This document shows positions 62,900 through 64,000 of a stretch of DNA of 64,000 nt, piece by piece. A program made the translations under genes and the position numbers. The DNA is from Nemertoderma westbladi. Taxonomy: Eukaryota > Animalia > Xenacoelomorpha. Position 1 is the stretch's first letter; each line of letters opens with the position of its first letter. The stretch lies in NCBI GenBank assembly GCA_032718475.1, contig JAUCBJ010007768.1:1-64000 (forward strand), in the 5' to 3' direction. Below the pieces are notes generated by a model. That model did no database searches and was not told where the DNA came from. It was given only the letters and a program-made list of their open reading frames with translations.

Positions 62900-63895
62900 T
62901 TCATATAAATCAGTTTTACAAGTTAAATAAATAATAATAATGTTGAAAATTATTATCGAAAACTTAAAACTCTAACTAAATTGTATGGTTGAAATCCGTT
63001 GTCTATTTCATACTTGATATATTGTTATTTTGTATAATTGATCGTTGTATTGCAATGGAGTAACTATGATACCTTGAGAATGGCTACACAATGTGCAGTT
63101 AAAGCCATTGTCCCATATTCTTATAATTCTAATTTTTGGCACTATGATTAATTGTGATTTCGCTGAGTTACCCATGTTTTTAACACTGCTTTGCTTGTAG
63201 CAGGCTGCAATGTTAATAAACTGTATGTTAAGTATAATGTTACTTGTACCATTAACGCGAATTAATATTTTTACAATAGAGGCATTCCTTTAACAATGTA
63301 AAGATTATGCCGATTTAATCCAAGAAGTAAGTATAGTACAATACACATGGTATTCATAGTAACTTCAAGATGTGGTTGAAGTTAAGTTTATTATTAATGC
63401 TTGTGCACAATATATACCCAGACAATATTATAATTAAATATTTGAGACAGTTAAACTGAAATGTACAGAAGTTATTTTGAGTCTATTTAAAATTTTGCTG
63501 CTTTGAAGGTGAGACTCCAGTTGGCATGCGTTTTAGATCAACTGAATTAGTTAACGAAAGGCCGCATTTCAAAATCAAATAGAGACGTATTATACTAGTA
63601 ACCCCCCACCCCCACTTTAACTGAATAACGTGGCTCGAGGCTCGCTCCTCCACAACCGTACCGAATTTCACGTAGACGAAATGGTTCCACATCACATAAT
63701 TAGTATAATAAACAATGTATGATAACCATATTATTTACCATCCTTATTGCATTAGCCTCTGCTGGAGAGGAGCCTTCGGGTTGCCTCTGGTAGAGAGAAG
63801 CCTATTTGGGTTGCCTCTCGTAGCGCGAATATCGCGATACCACCGTGGTCTATTAACTAATTATTAGCAATTACAAGTAGAACATGTAGCAAACA

Positions 63896-63982
63896 AGTAC
63901 TGTAATAATGTGCAGCTATCACTCAGTACTGTAATAATGTGCAGCTATCACTCAGTACTGTAATAATGTGCAGCTATCACTC
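63896..63982. repeat. 29-bp tandem repeat x3
   Basis: (AGTACTGTAATAATGTGCAGCTATCACTC)3. Confidence 0.9.
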
Positions 63983-64000
63983 TGTAAAAGCTGCTGTGGG

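Overview
AT-rich metazoan (invertebrate-like) genomic DNA made almost entirely of nested transposable elements and tandem repeats, most of them lying in the introns of a minus-strand gene for a secreted F-type lectin (exons found at 54305-54292, 53893-53817, 33886-33812, 30072-29801, 28783-28591). Main contents: (1) A full-length 13.9-kb BEL/Pao LTR retrotransposon (11584-25530, TSD TACTG). It carries an extra ~867-codon ORF with a DEDDy/WRN-like 3'-5' exonuclease plus CCHC knuckles, and its LTRs contain repeated RNA-like modules (UUCG hairpins, kink-turn, GNRA/bulged-A hairpin). (2) A near full-length LINE whose ORF1 contains a Ulp1/SENP-type protease. (3) An RTE with a 123-bp target duplication, interrupted by a 468-bp element joining a tRNA-derived Pol III head to a type I hammerhead ribozyme, with terminal redundancy. 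(4) A CR1/L2-group LINE starting with a 2A-like IETNPGP and a PHD finger. (5) A solo LTR, MITEs, a HINE-like element with CTCF-like motifs, and 18-, 28- and 33-bp tandem arrays. (6) An orphan intronless ~1020-codon coiled-coil ORF bracketed by the 28-bp repeat. Everything was read by eye; family assignments rest on motif recognition, not database searches.
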